A stretch of DNA of 64,000 bases from Takakia lepidozioides (Eukaryota; Plantae; Bryophyta): NCBI GenBank assembly GCA_030704615.1, contig CM060732.1, forward strand, positions 48,484,001 to 48,548,000. The letters run 5' to 3'. Each line of letters opens with the position of its first letter. The stretch's first letter is position 1. The notes beneath the pieces were generated by a model that saw nothing but the letters and a program-made list of their open reading frames with translations, was not told the origin of the DNA and did no database searches. The translations under genes and the position numbers were made by a program. Positions 25,466 through 40,100 of this stretch are shown one piece after another.

Positions 25466-28400
25466 TATTCCTACCACATGACGCCGCCGCATGAGCTGGT
25501 CAACTTCTTCAGACGAGAGGATGCCCTGAAACTTGGATTTTAATGTTTGCCTCTCCAGGAACCGCGAACGCATATATGTCTTAGCAGAAACTCTACGTAC
25601 AGGGCCCGTCTGAAATGCATTGTCGTGCTCCATCTTCACCGATGCTTCCTGCCCATGTAATTTCCCTTAGTCAGTTTCCGGAATCAATCTCACCTTTTAG
25701 TGTAATATCGCTGCTAGCATATGAAGTAGATCTCAGTTGCCTGTAACCAGTACTGGATAGAGGAACTTTGTAGTGCGCATGAGAACTTCCAAGAGAGAGA
25801 TATGTAATCATATCAGAATTTGTTTCCCCTAAACCACCACCTAAATCACCTGCCTGTTTCAACGGCTGAAAGGCCAGGAAGAGAAGGATGGTAGGGAAGG
25901 TCAGATTGCACTCGGGGTTGTGCATTATAAAGGAAAGGCCTTTCGAGCTTGATGGATTGATGGATAAGAGGTTGACAGAGAGAGTGAACACAGAACAGAT
26001 TAGATCACACCTACAAGACAAAGAAAAAAATGTACAGAGTTTCTCAGGAGACACAGGATAATCTAAGGTTTTGACTCATCCAAAAGTAACCCAGATTGAG
26101 ATAATGAGAGAAGGGAGTTTGCATGAAGATGGAGGAAAACCTTCTCGAACCCAGCAGCATTGTTGATGAGTATGGGCAACCTTTGACCAGTCGCCCAGTG
26201 TTCCCCATGAAGAAAATGGCCATGGTTTCGATCAGAGTTGTTAAGAAGAACATCTAAGATACGAGTGTCGCTTAGTAGGCGTGTCATTGACATGCCCCAG
26301 TTAGCTGCAGGAATTTTCTTCAAAATTTGTGTCTTTCGGATGTAGAGGATGAACGCTCCCTCCGAGTAGTGCTCGTTGTTCACACTCAATTCCCCCATGC
26401 AATAGGAAACCTGACATAACAGCCCCAGTGAATTTGATCATAATGATGTGTATGCTCATAGTCTCTAGTTTCCCACAATCTAAGTACAAAGACCCTACTT
26501 GCTTCAGCGTTCTGTATGAAATAAAACTTCTCAACTTAGTTGAAGAAGCTGACTTCTGTCAAGTTTAGATGGACATCACTGCAGGGTGGACATATCACCT
26601 TCCTTATTCCCAAAGCTTGGACTTTCTTTATCCCTCAAGGAGCTGATGTATAAGAACATCACCAATGGGGGGAGACTGCAGCCCTGGGCTCCTCCCTGGT
26701 CTGTATTGAAAAAAGTACAGAATTCTCCCCATCACTTAGATGTGCTGTTAGTTGGGTTGTCCAGTTTACCTCTGATCAGAAGCTCAAGCCTAAACTAAGA
26801 CCATCACGGCAAGATAGTCTCATTTGTCTTTTGGCCTAGAAAGGAATCCTCCCCTAGACATAGTTTGACCTTATCCCTATTGTAATCTGGATCCGCCTTC
26901 ATGAAATAGGTTGAAGATGAAGCCCTCAGAGCAGTCCACTCTGCAAAACACGATTGGACATACAACCAACAACTCAATCTTACAAATATCTCTAATTTCA
27001 GTCACCTACTTTAATTTCTTGAACACCCCTCTAATTTCCAAATGAGGAACAAATCATTGCAACAATATTGATAAAGTCCCACTCGAAGAGTGAGAGAGAA
27101 AGGGAGACAGTAAGATGGAGGGGTTCGTACTGGGGGCACGTAGTCCATGCCCAATATGAGATTAAGCTCATAGGCCACCAATTCCATCGATGCTCTATGC
27201 CAGCTATATGCATCACCTCTCACAACTGGCTTGAACAGTGCTTGTAACTGCGTTATTCCACCCTCAATCACAATGTTTGCTTATATCAGTGCAATTGATC
27301 TCCTGTTCAACCCCTGCCACCCTCCTCCTCTCTTGCTTTTTGTTCATTTTTTCTCAAGAGAAAGGGGCAGGACATCCAGATCAAACTTTATTAAAAAACC
27401 TCTTTACATAAACCAAGCACCTCTCTGTTAAGGAAATGAAAGTAGTTTCTGTCCGCTCAAACTGGGCGCGGGGTCGAGACTATGGCAACCAACATCTTAT
27501 GAGTACATTCTTAAGTACCTTCTGCCCAGTTTTCTTGTCAAGCAGCTGGACCAGGAAGGTTTCATGCCGGGAGTGTCAACAGGGCATGTATTTATGACTT
27601 TGCCACTGGCCATCATGTCCACAAGTGTTCCATGCCGATTGTATACAATCGAATCAGCATACCTAAGCCTCTCAAACCTGCACTACAAAAGAGAAGTTTG
27701 ATAGATTTTGGAGATCAGTCAACTTGAACTTGCTTGTCATTCCAAAATATTACTCTGAATCATCGGCCTGGTTAGGGATTCTTGTGAATAGCAGCATGCC
27801 ACGAAATGCAATTCAGTTTTTTAGAAAGTAGCCATGTCTCTGTCATCCCAATAGATTTTTTCACTACATAGAGTTCTATTGCACAGATGCACCCCAGCTA
27901 AAGGAAAACTGAGTTTAGTACTATAAGCTGCTCCTTGATGTCCACTGAGGCATTCAGAGGTCAAATTGTGAACACTTAACTTGCGTTAGGATGTGACCTC
28001 TGGCAAAGGGATTATGTAGCCAGCAAACTATGACATATACTGATGAGAAAGTGGCATCCCTGAGAGAAGACTTTATGACATCCACAGGGACCCTGAGGGC
28101 TCATGGGAAACCACAGCAACAACAACGAGAGAAACACACACAGACAAAAGGAGGGGCTGGAGACAATGGAAGTGCATGCGAAGAATGAAAACCCTCCAAC
28201 TACCAGTTAGAACTGACCTGAGCTCCTGTGCAGTTTCAAGAAGGAGCCTGTCCCACATAATTGTCGCTGTCGAGGGTTGACAGAAGGTCACTATTTCCAG
28301 AGCATAGAACAGATGTCTGCACTGGGACCACAGCAGATTTCTGAGCTGGGTCAGATTTCATGTTGCTTCTGGTGCGTGAGAGAGCCCTAGGTTGAGCAAT

Positions 28401-31018
28401 TCCACATACAAGTGTACCAGGCTGGGTGATGGCTTGCTTCCGTACAAATGTTCCAGTTCTCGCACCCTCCAGGCTTAGTGGACCCCTTCCATTTGGGAAC
28501 AGGCAGTCCTTGCGCTCAAATTCTGCAGTATCATGTGGCAAGTCCTATAACATATCAGAATTACACTCTCAAAAGTCTCTGCCAACACCAATCACACAAG
28601 CTTTTCATTGGAGATCAAACCAGTTCTTTGAAGGTATGGGGATTACAATCCCCAGAGATCCAATTACCGTCCATGTGACTGGTAATTCACTAACCTCATA
28701 GAGTCACAACCCAGATTGCAGATTGGTGCGCTTATCGTCCATCGCCATTGAGGCTACTTGACTGATGAAAACTAAAATCCTGTAATGTGGGTGACTGACT
28801 ATGGCCGGAAGTTCAATTCACGCGGCCAACGTAGGGAGACCAAATCTTTCTTAGGCATCTCCACCCGGTGTTCATCTTGCCGGGACCAGAAGGAACTACA
28901 TCAGGTCAAGTTTGTCCATACATTGAATAGAATAGATGGGCAGGCGCTCGTCTGGCAACAAAACGAGACTCAGAGAACATCGTGGGATTGTTGGCTGTTA
29001 ACGGACATCATCGCACAGTGCTTGGAGAACTTTCCACAAGCAATGGCGAAATGCAATCAAGCCTGTCTACAAACACTTGAAATCAAGTCAAATTCGTGGC
29101 TAATTTTGACCATTTTAAATATACGATCCGACTCGCGGAGATTTGCAGCAAATCCTGGCAGTTGTCACCATGAAATTCCATCACCTCCTCTGCCCATAAT
29201 CCATCTGTAAAAGTATTGTAATCAATACAAAGTTTGGCCTGCTGTAAAATTAAACAGCTCCCACCTCCGTTCAGGCTTTCTTCACTGCCATCTTCATGGG
29301 TAGAAATGGAATCTATGTCCAAAGTCTCAAGGGCCCTTTCCTCTCCAGAGAATGTATCACCCTCTCCCAAGCCTGCAAGCCTCTCTCTCTTTTCCTCACC
29401 ATCCTCTTTCCTGATATTTTTCTTCTCAATTCCTCTTCTTCTCGGATCTCATCCAGCCGCTGCAACCTGATTTAGCAGCCAAATGCAGCAACACTGCAAC
29501 ACTTAGCAGTGTGAGTGTTTAAAGGATGACGTAAGTTGTTGCAGAGATCCACTCAAATAAGTGGACTATCTTTGAGCCCTTGTGGTGAAAAGGAGAGAGA
29601 GAGTCCACGTATGTTTCTCTCTATGTTGCCATCCAAACGGGACAGTTTGAAAATCCGAAGGTAACACATTCACAATACATCATATACTCAGCTACGTTCT
29701 TGTCTCTACTATTTGAGTTAATTTTCTGTTAAAAACACCTTCAGTAAGGCGAGTGAGTCTCAGCGAGAATTGCTCACCTGACAAGTTTCTCCAACTTTTT
29801 AACCTCAATCCGTGCTGCTTGTGCCTTTGCATTGAGAAACTGTACAGTCTCTGCCAGTAGCTCCTGGAGTTCAGGGCCGTTTCTGGTCAGAGACAAGTGG
29901 ACAGAGGTGGATACTACAATTGTGGTTATGTTCCTAATTCTTTCCCAGGATAGTGTGGGAGAGTTGCTGAGATGTGAAGTGGACCTTGCGGAGTTCTGAT
30001 TTGCTTGCACATTTATATCTTATTTGATTTAACTGGTCAGGCCCGAAATGGCTGCTCTGACGCTCCTGAGAACCTTTGATTGCAAATTAGCATTGGTGGT
30101 CAAATTACCCTAATCTACATCTGGCCAAATTTGATTTTCCTCTTGCGCATGAATACAAGCTACTGCGAAAGCTTACTTCGAAATGGCGCATCTTCTCATT
30201 CATTTGCTCATTCTGTTGCTGAATACATCCAATGTTCGACAAAATGGTTGCAACTCTGGATCCGACAGCTTAGTAGGTGTCCCATTTCTGTCAAACTGCA
30301 TTCTGAAAGGCACAGCCGTCCCTTTCCCCACCTTTTCAACAGCTTCCGATGGCGCCTCTTGGCTCGCTTGCAATTCCGCACCGAGCCCACCATCGTTCTC
30401 ATCAACTACCACTGGATCTCCACTCAATAGCACCTTAACGCTTCGCGAAGTCTCACGGATACCGAAACTCTCACCTTTATTGCCTTCCTTCGGATAAAAT
30501 CTCACTGGCAGCTTAGGGCCACTCTGTAATCTCCTGCTTAGCGAGTCACCAAATTTTGTAGCCCCAGTCCTGCTCACACGAGCAGAGGAAGGGAGGTAGT
30601 TGGAAGACCTCCCGTTGGACAGCTCTGATCCCCAATCAGACAAAACTTGAGTAGACAATTGTTCTGAGGAATCTGCAGTCTGACGGCTTGGAGTACCGTG
30701 CCTGAAATTCGAAGAGAAAGGACATGAATCTCGACGTTGTCGATTTCTGGAACACCCTAACCCACCAGTGCATCGGGCTGATCTAATACCAGGCGTTGCA
30801 CCCACTTCATGACAAGCTGTTGCTGAAGAAGGCGTGGGTGACCTGCAGCTCACTTGATGGTAGATATGTGTGGCAGGTGTGAAGGAGACTGGACAGAGAG
30901 AGGGATTATGACGCGAGGCGTGGCTGGGGCTCATTGTGAGGGAGGAGAGAGAGACAAGCAGTTTCCTTGCACTGCCCAAACTGCCGCCATAGCTCAAGCT
31001 CTCGGCCACCAACGACAT
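25466..31018 (-). pseudogene. Spliced gene for an atypical (PI3/PI4-kinase-like) kinase with a Ser-rich N-terminus, probably pseudogenised
   Basis: Exons read ALFKP..HRASMELVAYELNLILGMDYVPP, DTRILDVLLNNSDRNHGHFL..PILINNAAGF and FQTGPVRRVS..RRR. In-frame TGA at 27576-27578, apparent frameshift near 30225, and Asn where the metal-binding Asp is expected. 3' end uncertain. Confidence 0.65.
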
Positions 31019-32471
31019 AACGGCCTCATGGGTTCTGAACAAGCATCATCCTCACCTTTGAACGACCCTCTGGCGATGTAGCTACCAGTCATTCATCCGA
31101 AGGCTCTCTCTCTCTCTCACAAAGGTGCTTGTGTACATATAGCAAACAGCTAAAGGGTAGCATATGTCATTGCAAACACTACTTACTTTGTACTCGCTCC
31201 TTCATGGTGCTTGCTTTCGTGAATTGAGATTATTTGTAGACGTTGAAATGAAACGTTTATGATCGGTGACGAGTTGATGTTTCATCAGTGATGTCAAACA
31301 GAGAAATGAAATTTGCTGGAAGCTCAAAGAGCTTGTGGGACAAGAGGAAGAAAGATACACAATGAGAAAGAGCCCACAAACAGCCCAAAAGCAACTAAAG
31401 CTCGAGCGATTGTCTAAGAGTCAATGCTTCATGCATGTAAGCTGCCAAGCATTTAATGGAAGACTTCCATGATAGATTGGGTCCATCCTCTGAATAGACA
31501 GCTGAATCGGATTGCAGTTTCATGAGCCAATATTCAAATGTGAACATGGAGGTGACTCATGGTTAGTTGACGACCCTTTCACATCTGCAGACAACATATT
31601 CCCCGCTGCACCCTGGCCTCTCTTACTTAGCTTGGTTGAGCTCACATGACGTTGTACTGCATAGGCATCAGATCATCATTGGGCTGAGACCTTTGTTCAA
31701 GTACACTGTCTCGAGCTTTGAATCATGTGGACAGAATCATGTGCTCCGAGTTTCCTGCCTGATCGCTAGACACATTCAATGCCTGCAACCCCATGTGACA
31801 ATGCAAGGTTTTGTTGAATTACTGTGGTGGTTGTGTTGAGAAGATCCCATCCCCAAGGGTGCCTAGCTGTCCAGTTACTCAGATATTGAGAGCTTTGAGA
31901 GCCCGTTGTTGCTTCTCGAGCAAGCTGGCGAATGGGACTTGGTCGAGTTTTGGCCTGTGTTTTGGCATTTGCCGATTGCCCAGGAGGAAGCCTCTGCCTT
32001 ATGCTCTTGCAGCTCCTTAGCAACAAAAGATGATGTTGCTTTATGGGTCTTGACCAGGAGAAATCTGTCGATGGATGCTAGTAGGAAGGGGTGTGTTTGT
32101 GGACAATTATGCAGGAAGTCTTCTGCAGGCCTGATTTTTCCCCTGATTTTCCACGTCTGTCTGTAAGGAGGCCTGAGAGAGCTCCTATGTCTTTGAGCGG
32201 CCCCACATCACTCTCAAGCTTGGGTAAGTGTATAGACATCGTATCGGTGGTCTGGGCATTGAGCTGTTTCAACAAACTACTTGTTGTTCTATGTGCGCCA
32301 CCTGTAACTGTTATCAATGTGATGGCACAGGTTCCCAAACGTAGAATCATTGTGTTCTAAGCCAGGGAGGGGACGGCAAGACTGCCTTCTGCATCCTCTT
32401 TACATTTTGCTAACGTTTATTGCTTTCCCTACTTTACAACTTTTTGCTTCACCTATCTATATAATGAACAA

Positions 32472-35400
32472 CTATCCTGAAGGAGAAGGGTCTCCTCTGC
32501 CAGCTTTCAGTCTCAGCTGTGTTGATGAGAGATCTGAGTGAAAGAGGTCAACGGGAATTGCTTGGAACATGCCTCTGACTTCAGCAGGAATCTCTATGTC
32601 CGATAAAACCTGCACCCCAAGCTCCTCTAAAGACTACATCCATAGCATAAAGTGCTGCATAAGGTCCTGATTCTATGGCTGATCAACTTTATTCTTCAAG
32701 GGAACTCCCAGCGCTGGAACATGCCTTTTGAAATGATAGTGACCACCATTTGCTCAGAAACAAACCTTCTTTCCTCTCCTACCTCTCTCGCTGTCAGAAC
32801 CAAGTACGAGATTGTGAAATTCTTTCACAGTGATGTCACCAAGCTCCTCCCCTTTCTCTCTGGGCAACATTTCATAAAGCACCATTTCATTTCATTTCTC
32901 TGGGCAACATTTGGATATTTGGACAAGTTTACTTATGCATGTCTCAAGTCTGCTGAAAGCATGTTGTTGGTCAGTTATTTGCTCTAGGAAGTGACAACTC
33001 TGGGAAAAGTGAGATAAAGAAGTGGATGTCATACCTTGAATCTGTCATCCACTTTCCGTCCTGCTACCAGGAAGTCACAGCCTAGTTGGTGAATCCCCAG
33101 CAACACCTCCATCATTCGTATCTTACTCTCTCCATAGTACTTCGGCTGCCAAAAGGAAAAAAACCTTGACATCTATAGATGTTGTGTCTTTGAGACCCTA
33201 AATCTCCAACCTTTTCCCTCTCCCTCCTTTCTCATGTCTCCATTTTGTTTCACATTCTTTTTCCCCTGACTTACTAACAACAATTAGGTGTATGGTCCCA
33301 CAGTATAAAACCTAGCGATCAAAGACTATGGATCAAAGAGACTTACATTTATTAGTCGAATGGCTGTATCCACACCAACAACAAACGTGCTGTCTGGGAA
33401 TAGCTCTGCCTTCTTGTAGAAGTATGGCTGGTTTGTCAACACCACATTCTTCCCTGCTAACCATCAACCAAAAGGTATCCATGATTCGCACTCATTTTAC
33501 AAAGCAATTTGATTTCCAAATATAATCTGTAACCAGTCCACCCAAGTAGCCTAGTGAGCATCTTAGGTTCAATCTGCACATCAAATAATGAGCTCCCATC
33601 TCTCTTTTTTAAGGTCATGGTTAATTGCCAGATTGTAGTTTCTGTCGCAATGCTGGCCCAAGTAAGACTCATCAAAACTCTCCAAGAAACATTTCCATCA
33701 TAAAAAGTTAGCATAGGAGGAAAGGCACCTGTGTCGTGAAACTGTCTCACTCGGTCTTTCACATCACCCAGGGTCAATGGGGGCTTGTCGGCATTGATTG
33801 CTGAAAGCTCAAAGCAGGGAATTCCATCCTCCCGAAGGCTGGAAAACCAAAGAAACTCTCCTGTGAGCTATGACAGCTAAAATCAGTCACACCTAGCTAA
33901 TGAAAAAGAAGATGTCTTCATCATTCTGCCAATTCACACTATATTTTAGTGCCGAGGTTCTCGTCTCTTTGTGGAGCACTTGCATCTTTTGTCATTTGGA
34001 CATCTGGGAGTTAAAAGCAAAAGGATTGTTTTACTAGTGTCAGTATAGACCAGCTTATTGCTGGGTGACAGAGACTAACATGACATGACCCATCAGACAG
34101 TTCTTCCTGAAACTACATGGAAGATAGGTGGCAACCTGCAAGCGGAATCCAAGAGCTTGATGTGGCCATCATGCAATGGATTGAATGAGCCAGACAAGAC
34201 CACCCTCCTTCCACCTATATCGGGTGACAATTTACTGCCTGCGTAGATTCAGCACAAAGTAAAACAGTCAAATCTGTGACATTTGAAGTATACAAGAAGG
34301 GGGGACTGACACAACATTACATCTATATTTGACTGATACATTTGCAACATGGTTCTTACCTGGAAAGGAAATCATGCAAATTTGGCCGTTGAGCAACTGC
34401 TCTAGCTGCTCCTCTTCACTGTAAGACCACCTTGTCTCTGCCAACCTTTCACTACCTTCCTTGAGCTCCAAGGGAAGTTCAATAGAAACCCCACACACAT
34501 CTGCCAGCGTCTGCAAGATCTCACCATAATCAAAGCTGAGAAGGTGGACATGGAGCCTCCTAACGGGAATAAACTTGCCAGGTAATAAACTCGCCACAGA
34601 GAATCCTACTTTCTTGTTACCATGTCCCATGGCCCTCATGGTCATGTGGTCATCATAAGTGTCTTTCTCTTGTCCCATAAGCTCTTTTGAGCACTGTCTA
34701 TTGGTGACCTAAAATAGACACTCCTGAGACCAGGTACAGCTTGATTCTGTGGAAGATCCTTCATTGCAAACAAAGCAACCATCCTTGTGACAATCAGGTC
34801 TCTGCTTGTTATCAAGGTGATATTCTCAAGTCTGAAGACAACGGTTAATAGGGTGTAGACCAACAACAAGTACCAACCAATTGGGGTTCAATGACTTGTC
34901 CATCATAAGACAGTAGCCTGTGAGGAGAAAGCATTCTCAATATATACTCATCCATCCCTTGCTATACTGACAGATAAACTCCACAGAAAAAGTAGAAATG
35001 AGAGTGAAAGTGAGATACTAATGGGGGAGAAGCGAGGGAAAATAGCCAGAAGAGGCCACCTGCCTTTATGACTACACGGCTTGTCACAAGGTCTTCTCCT
35101 ACTCGATCTCGGAAACCCTGTAGGCACCACATAACACACAAAATATAACTTTCTGTGTGTTCAATTCATAAAGTGCATATGTATTCTTCTGTTGTAGAGC
35201 TCTTCAAGGCAGCCTTGTGGCCATAGACAGATAAGATTGTACTCATAAGACGTTGTTTGCCGTAGCCTTGTGGCCATTGACCCCGCCCGCGTCTCCCTTT
35301 CCTCTCTGCTTCAAATTCCAGTCTAGTGCCGAGAGTGGGTAGACCCTTGAGGTCATCCAAGATGTCCTCCCCCATGTCACAGACTGGAAACAAGTTCAGG

Positions 35401-38400
35401 GAAGTTTTCTGCCTAACTTCATTTTCATCAGACAATCTCATGGCAACAGACATGGCTGAGGACACTACAGCCTCTAAGTCAGATTTATCCAGCAGGGTCA
35501 AGACTTGTGGATCCAGGTCCAGGTCCTTGAGGATCTCTTCTACTCTCTTCTGCCAGGACTTAGCCTGTTTGACAGGGCGGTCCTGTTTCCAAGATATAGA
35601 GTCGATTAACTTAGGATATCTGGTGTTGGGCATATGTTGCAGCTGACCCCACCATCTGACCTTGAATTCATCTCGTCGGGAGCTTAAGGACGGAATGCCA
35701 AACTCACCCCGAACAGCCACATTGGCTGTTTTGGAGCATGCTGACATACACTCCTTAAGCACCCCCACTTGAATGGATTCTAGAGACTTAGCCTGGTTGG
35801 AGTTATCAACCCATATAGCAGATCCGTACTCCAAGGCAGGTCTAATAACGCGACAAAGCATGGTTTTCTTAACCTCAGAGTTGACCCCTCTGCAGTGGAA
35901 AAATTTAGTGAGCCCCAGAGCTTTGCCCTTGCCAGTTTGAACAACTTTCCGGATATGTGCATCCCAATTACAATTGGAGGAGAACTCAACGCCCAGGTAG
36001 GTGTAGGAAGGGAGGACCGGGATCTCTTGGCTACCCCACTGCCACTTAAGATCACTTCCTCCCTCTCCTCTGTCGTTGAATGCTACCACTGCATATTCTA
36101 AAGAGGGAAAGGCCCCAAGCTTTCCAACTAAATCCAATGCACTACCTTACCTGAAGCAAAGCGCTTCAGGTCGAAACAAACAAGGACACGAGGTCACAAG
36201 GCCGGCATTTAGTCACAGAGACATTAATGTACTCCCGTTTCAAGTCCACCCAATGTCAATAGGCTTCCTAGAGGACAGGGAGACAGATAAGAGAAAGAAG
36301 GGGAGGAGGCAGAGAATCTTCACGTTCAGAAAGATGTGGAATCGTGACCCCTTGTTGTAACAAAGCAAAACAATGATTGAGCTTCCTGCCACATTAAGAA
36401 TATCTAAATAATAATAGGCCAATTTATTACAAAGGGAGAATTGCTCACCTTTGCCAAGGTGAGATCATAGTGCCACAGTCCTGACTGTGTTCGAGCTGAC
36501 ACATGACACCTTCATGTAAACACATCACCCCACCCGACACTCAATACCAAGACCTACCTACCGTAACAAGTCAAAGTCAATTGAGACATTACTGCCGGTT
36601 GTAGGACTCCCTCTGCTTCAGTCATGAAGCAAGGGTAAGCATATGCAGATCGCCCAAGATTCTCAAGGTGGCATATTGAAGCATCCCAGGACCTCCCAAG
36701 ACTTGTGATCATTTTCTATACAAATACCAAGCATCTTGGCACCAGTCCATGAACAGATCTACTGCTGAAAACACTACCACCCTTTATCGTACTTTTCCTT
36801 CGGCAGATGCATCCTCTATGTTTCATGATCCTGTGGTTGGGAGCCCAAAGAGTACAGAAACAGACCTGTGGTCTCCACGCTTAAGAGGGACAGATGCCAA
36901 GGAACCAGTGAAGCCAATCCCTGCTACTGGCATACCTGCTCACCAGCCCCCCGTTCACAATAAATACATATCCATCGCCTGCCCAGCTTCTCTTCACTCA
37001 AGAGAATGTCACATGTTCAATCACTGCTGCATCTGGTCATGAAGCACAGCATTGTGTTGCTGTGAATTTTATCAGCAGCATCCAAGCAGATTGCAACTTT
37101 AGTTCTCTGAATGCACTCAGTAACATGAAACCTGGAAGAAGGGCTATGGATACTTCTGCGGCATTCCATAACAACAGAAATAGCCTGAGTGATAAATGCA
37201 GGCAAGTGCACCACCTGAAAAGGTGCTCTACACATCTTTCATGTGTCTTGTGTCACAATCATTTGCAATCATTACAACTCCATAAGCATATCACTCCAAG
37301 TTGTAAACTAACCGTGTCTGCCAGCTATATACATTGGAGTCATCATCAAGGAACCGGGAGACAGAATCAGCAAGGTGGGCTCTAATACTCTGAATAAGGT
37401 CAACATCATCCAAAGGACAGTGGACCCAAATTAACCCCCCAAAAGGAAAGATCCAATCCCTCTAGGCTCAATTCCCATTGCAACAAATCACCACCCTGCT
37501 GCCAGTGTACAAAGGCACGACAAAGGAGGAAAACCTCTGTCAAGCGAAGGGAAAATTTATCACAGACCTGGCATTGAGAGTTTAAGAGCCCGGTTATAAG
37601 CCGCCATTGCAATTTCCTCAGCTGTTTCCCGACATACAAATTGCGTTGGGGCCTACCATAACCACCCCATGAACCCACTAGCTGAGATCAAGTTTGAGCA
37701 TTGCATCGCAAGGTGCCGGGACCTGTAAGAGAGACATACAAGGATAGCAAAGCCTCTGGCGGGTAAGCCCAGTACTTAGGGTTCAAATGCACGTTATGTT
37801 GGGGGTCACTATGTGGTCTACCAAGCTCCAAGGCGGTTCATCTACTGCTGCGGGTTGACCCTTGAGAAGTCCCAATACGTGCATCCCAGCAATCATCTTT
37901 TCATCTTCTTTAATTGATGCAATGAAAGTCTACATAACAAAGCAGGAGCAGAGAAGTTGACAAGTTATTGCCTAGTTTCCAGACGCAAACCGTTGCACCT
38001 CGCATGTTTACCCCAAAAAATTATCCCAAACTTTGATGCATTTCCCCACAAAAATGCAGATGTGCATAGCCTACATTTTAGCAAATAAGGACATGTCATG
38101 AGGTCGAAGGTTAACTCCCTTCAACAAATTCTACAGTGCAGAGATCCGCAAGTGAAAGCGCTGAGAACCACAGGTGATCCTGTCAAGAATTAAGCTTTTC
38201 TGGTGCAAGGTAGCGATCTTGGATTGCACAAGCAGATTTAACAACATGAAATCGCATGGTCTTGGATTGATTCTTAAATCACACCTTTCCCAACAGCTGC
38301 ACCATCGAAGCTCGGGAGTAAGGGACGGTGGCCTCTAGAACTGTGCCTGAAGCTCGCGGAACTGACAACAGCCAACCTAGTGCCTTTCACCCCGAAAACC

Positions 38401-38641
38401 ATCGAAGCCTGGTCTCAGCTTTCTACAATTTCAGCACAAGAGAGGATGCGATTTCTGGCGCAGCAAAAAAATTCCCTTGCATCTAAAAGGGCAAAGTTTT
38501 CTTCAGAAATGAACATGCAACACAATTGAATGGCATAAAGAAGCGAGGTGCTACCTGAGATGCACCACCAGAGAGGTAGAGGACAGCGTGAGTTGGTGAG
38601 GCATGAATGGCTTCTATCACGGCCCTCACTACCGTCTCCAT
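32472..38641 (-). CDS. Nucleotidylyl transferase superfamily protein (HxGH, NMNAT/cytidylyltransferase-like), multi-exon, apparently intact
   Basis: Exons: 38555-38641 METVVRAVIEAIHASPTHAVLYLSGGASQ; ~38285-38383 ALGWLLSVP..VPYSRASM; ~37568-37652 AAYNRALKLS; ~36867-36936; 36450-36510; 35064-35117; ~34360-34510; ~34136-34238 VLSGSFNPLHDGH; ~33729-33838 FELSAINADKPPL; ~33347-33454 FYKKAELFP..VVGVDTAIRL; ~33035-33148 FLVAGR; 32472-~32609 DLSSTQLR. Confidence 0.9.
35166..36137 (-). mobile_element. 5'-truncated non-LTR retrotransposon (LINE) fragment, RT C-terminal/thumb region, inside an intron
   Basis: 323-aa ORF with YTYLGVEF..WDAHI..IRPALEYGSAIW..LESIQ..AVRGEFGIPSL..RR, typical of CR1/L2/RTE-X-type ORF2 C-termini. 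Confidence 0.75.
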
Positions 38642-40100
38642 CTCCGCTGTAGTCTGCTCCGATCTGTGTCCGTTTGCTCACCTCGGCGTAGTCGCAGAGC
38701 AGCAACGCCCACAAAAGCTATGACTGCCCACGTGTACTTAGTTGTTGGGCGGTATTCGCATTGCCTACTGTGTTCTTGCATCCTGCATCCATCCCAAAAA
38801 GTCGTTCACGTCATATTTGTACCTTCAGTCAATTCAACGTTCATAGGCATGGATAGGCAGGATCCCCACATCCGCATCCGTGGGGAGAAGATGTGATCTG
38901 GCATGAACAGTATTCGGAAGATGAGGATGTGCTTGGAAGCAAAGTCTAAAATAAGAGTTGCAATCTCTAATTGTAAAAGTTTTCCTTGCACAGTTGATGC
39001 CAGATTTAGAGAGATCCAGCGGGAAATGTGATGCTGATGAATACTAAAAGATTCTCGAGCTGCCCATCTCGTGGGTATGACCTGCTCCTCGACTTGGTCT
39101 ACTCGTCGGCGCTCTCATCCCATCTATTGGTGCCGAGGTGCAGATCGCCACTGAACTTAGTTTTGGGGTAATTCGTTTGGGCAGTGAGGGAGCTTGCCAG
39201 GATGTTGCTATTGGAGATTGTTTAGCCAACTCACCTTTTGTCTGGAGAAGCGCTTACATTTCTTAATTCCCTGCTCCACCCACCCCAATGACTCGCGGAT
39301 TGTCTTGCAGCTGAATTTTGTTGGATTGGTCTCTCTTCTGCATTCAACCAGATACCTTTCTTCACTATCGCCGCTCGTTGTTTATGTCTTGATTGTTGGT
39401 AAGTTGATGTCGCACTGATTCACAATCTCCTTCTACCCACTGATCCTTGCCCTCCCTTTTCCTTTCCCTTTACTCATCTTACATCCAACTTTATTTTGGT
39501 GTATGAATTTGTCATTCTAAAATCGGCATAAAGCTCACGACAGTTTAGTAGTTTCCAGGAGCATTAGTGAGTTGGAACGTCTATATAGAAACAGCAGGCG
39601 CTCTTCCATGTGGACAATATGCTTTTCATCCCTTCCAGGAAAGTCAGTGCACAATTGGGCGTGAGCTGCCAAATAATGGCCAGGTACAGTGTGTGAGCAG
39701 CTCTCTAATTGAGTATGATGTAATTGCTAAGTGCAGCTGCTTTAGCTAGAATCTTTTCTTGTAGCTCATTATGGGTATGATTTGTTTGGAGAAGTTTCTT
39801 CAGTGAGAATTGCTGCATTGGGCAAGCATTCTGTGGATGTTTATTTGTGTTGCTGTTGGGAGCCATTGTTTTGAGAAGCACGGGCACTGTTTCTTTTGCC
39901 ACACTGATGATGGGCCTTATGGTTGGGGACGGACCTTCAATAACGTCTATGAAATTTGTGTTTGGACAACATAGACTTGATATGGCTTACATTTGCTTGG
40001 CCTTCCACATGGATACTTGGCATTTTGCACATGATAAATTGGCCATTGCGGCGACTTGGATGGCAGGTGCCACATAAGGTATTGGAGAACTTGACAAAGA

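Noticed and set aside
31560-32360. Small gene between the kinase and nucleotidylyltransferase genes
   Set aside because: Short ORFs in several frames with no recognisable motif.
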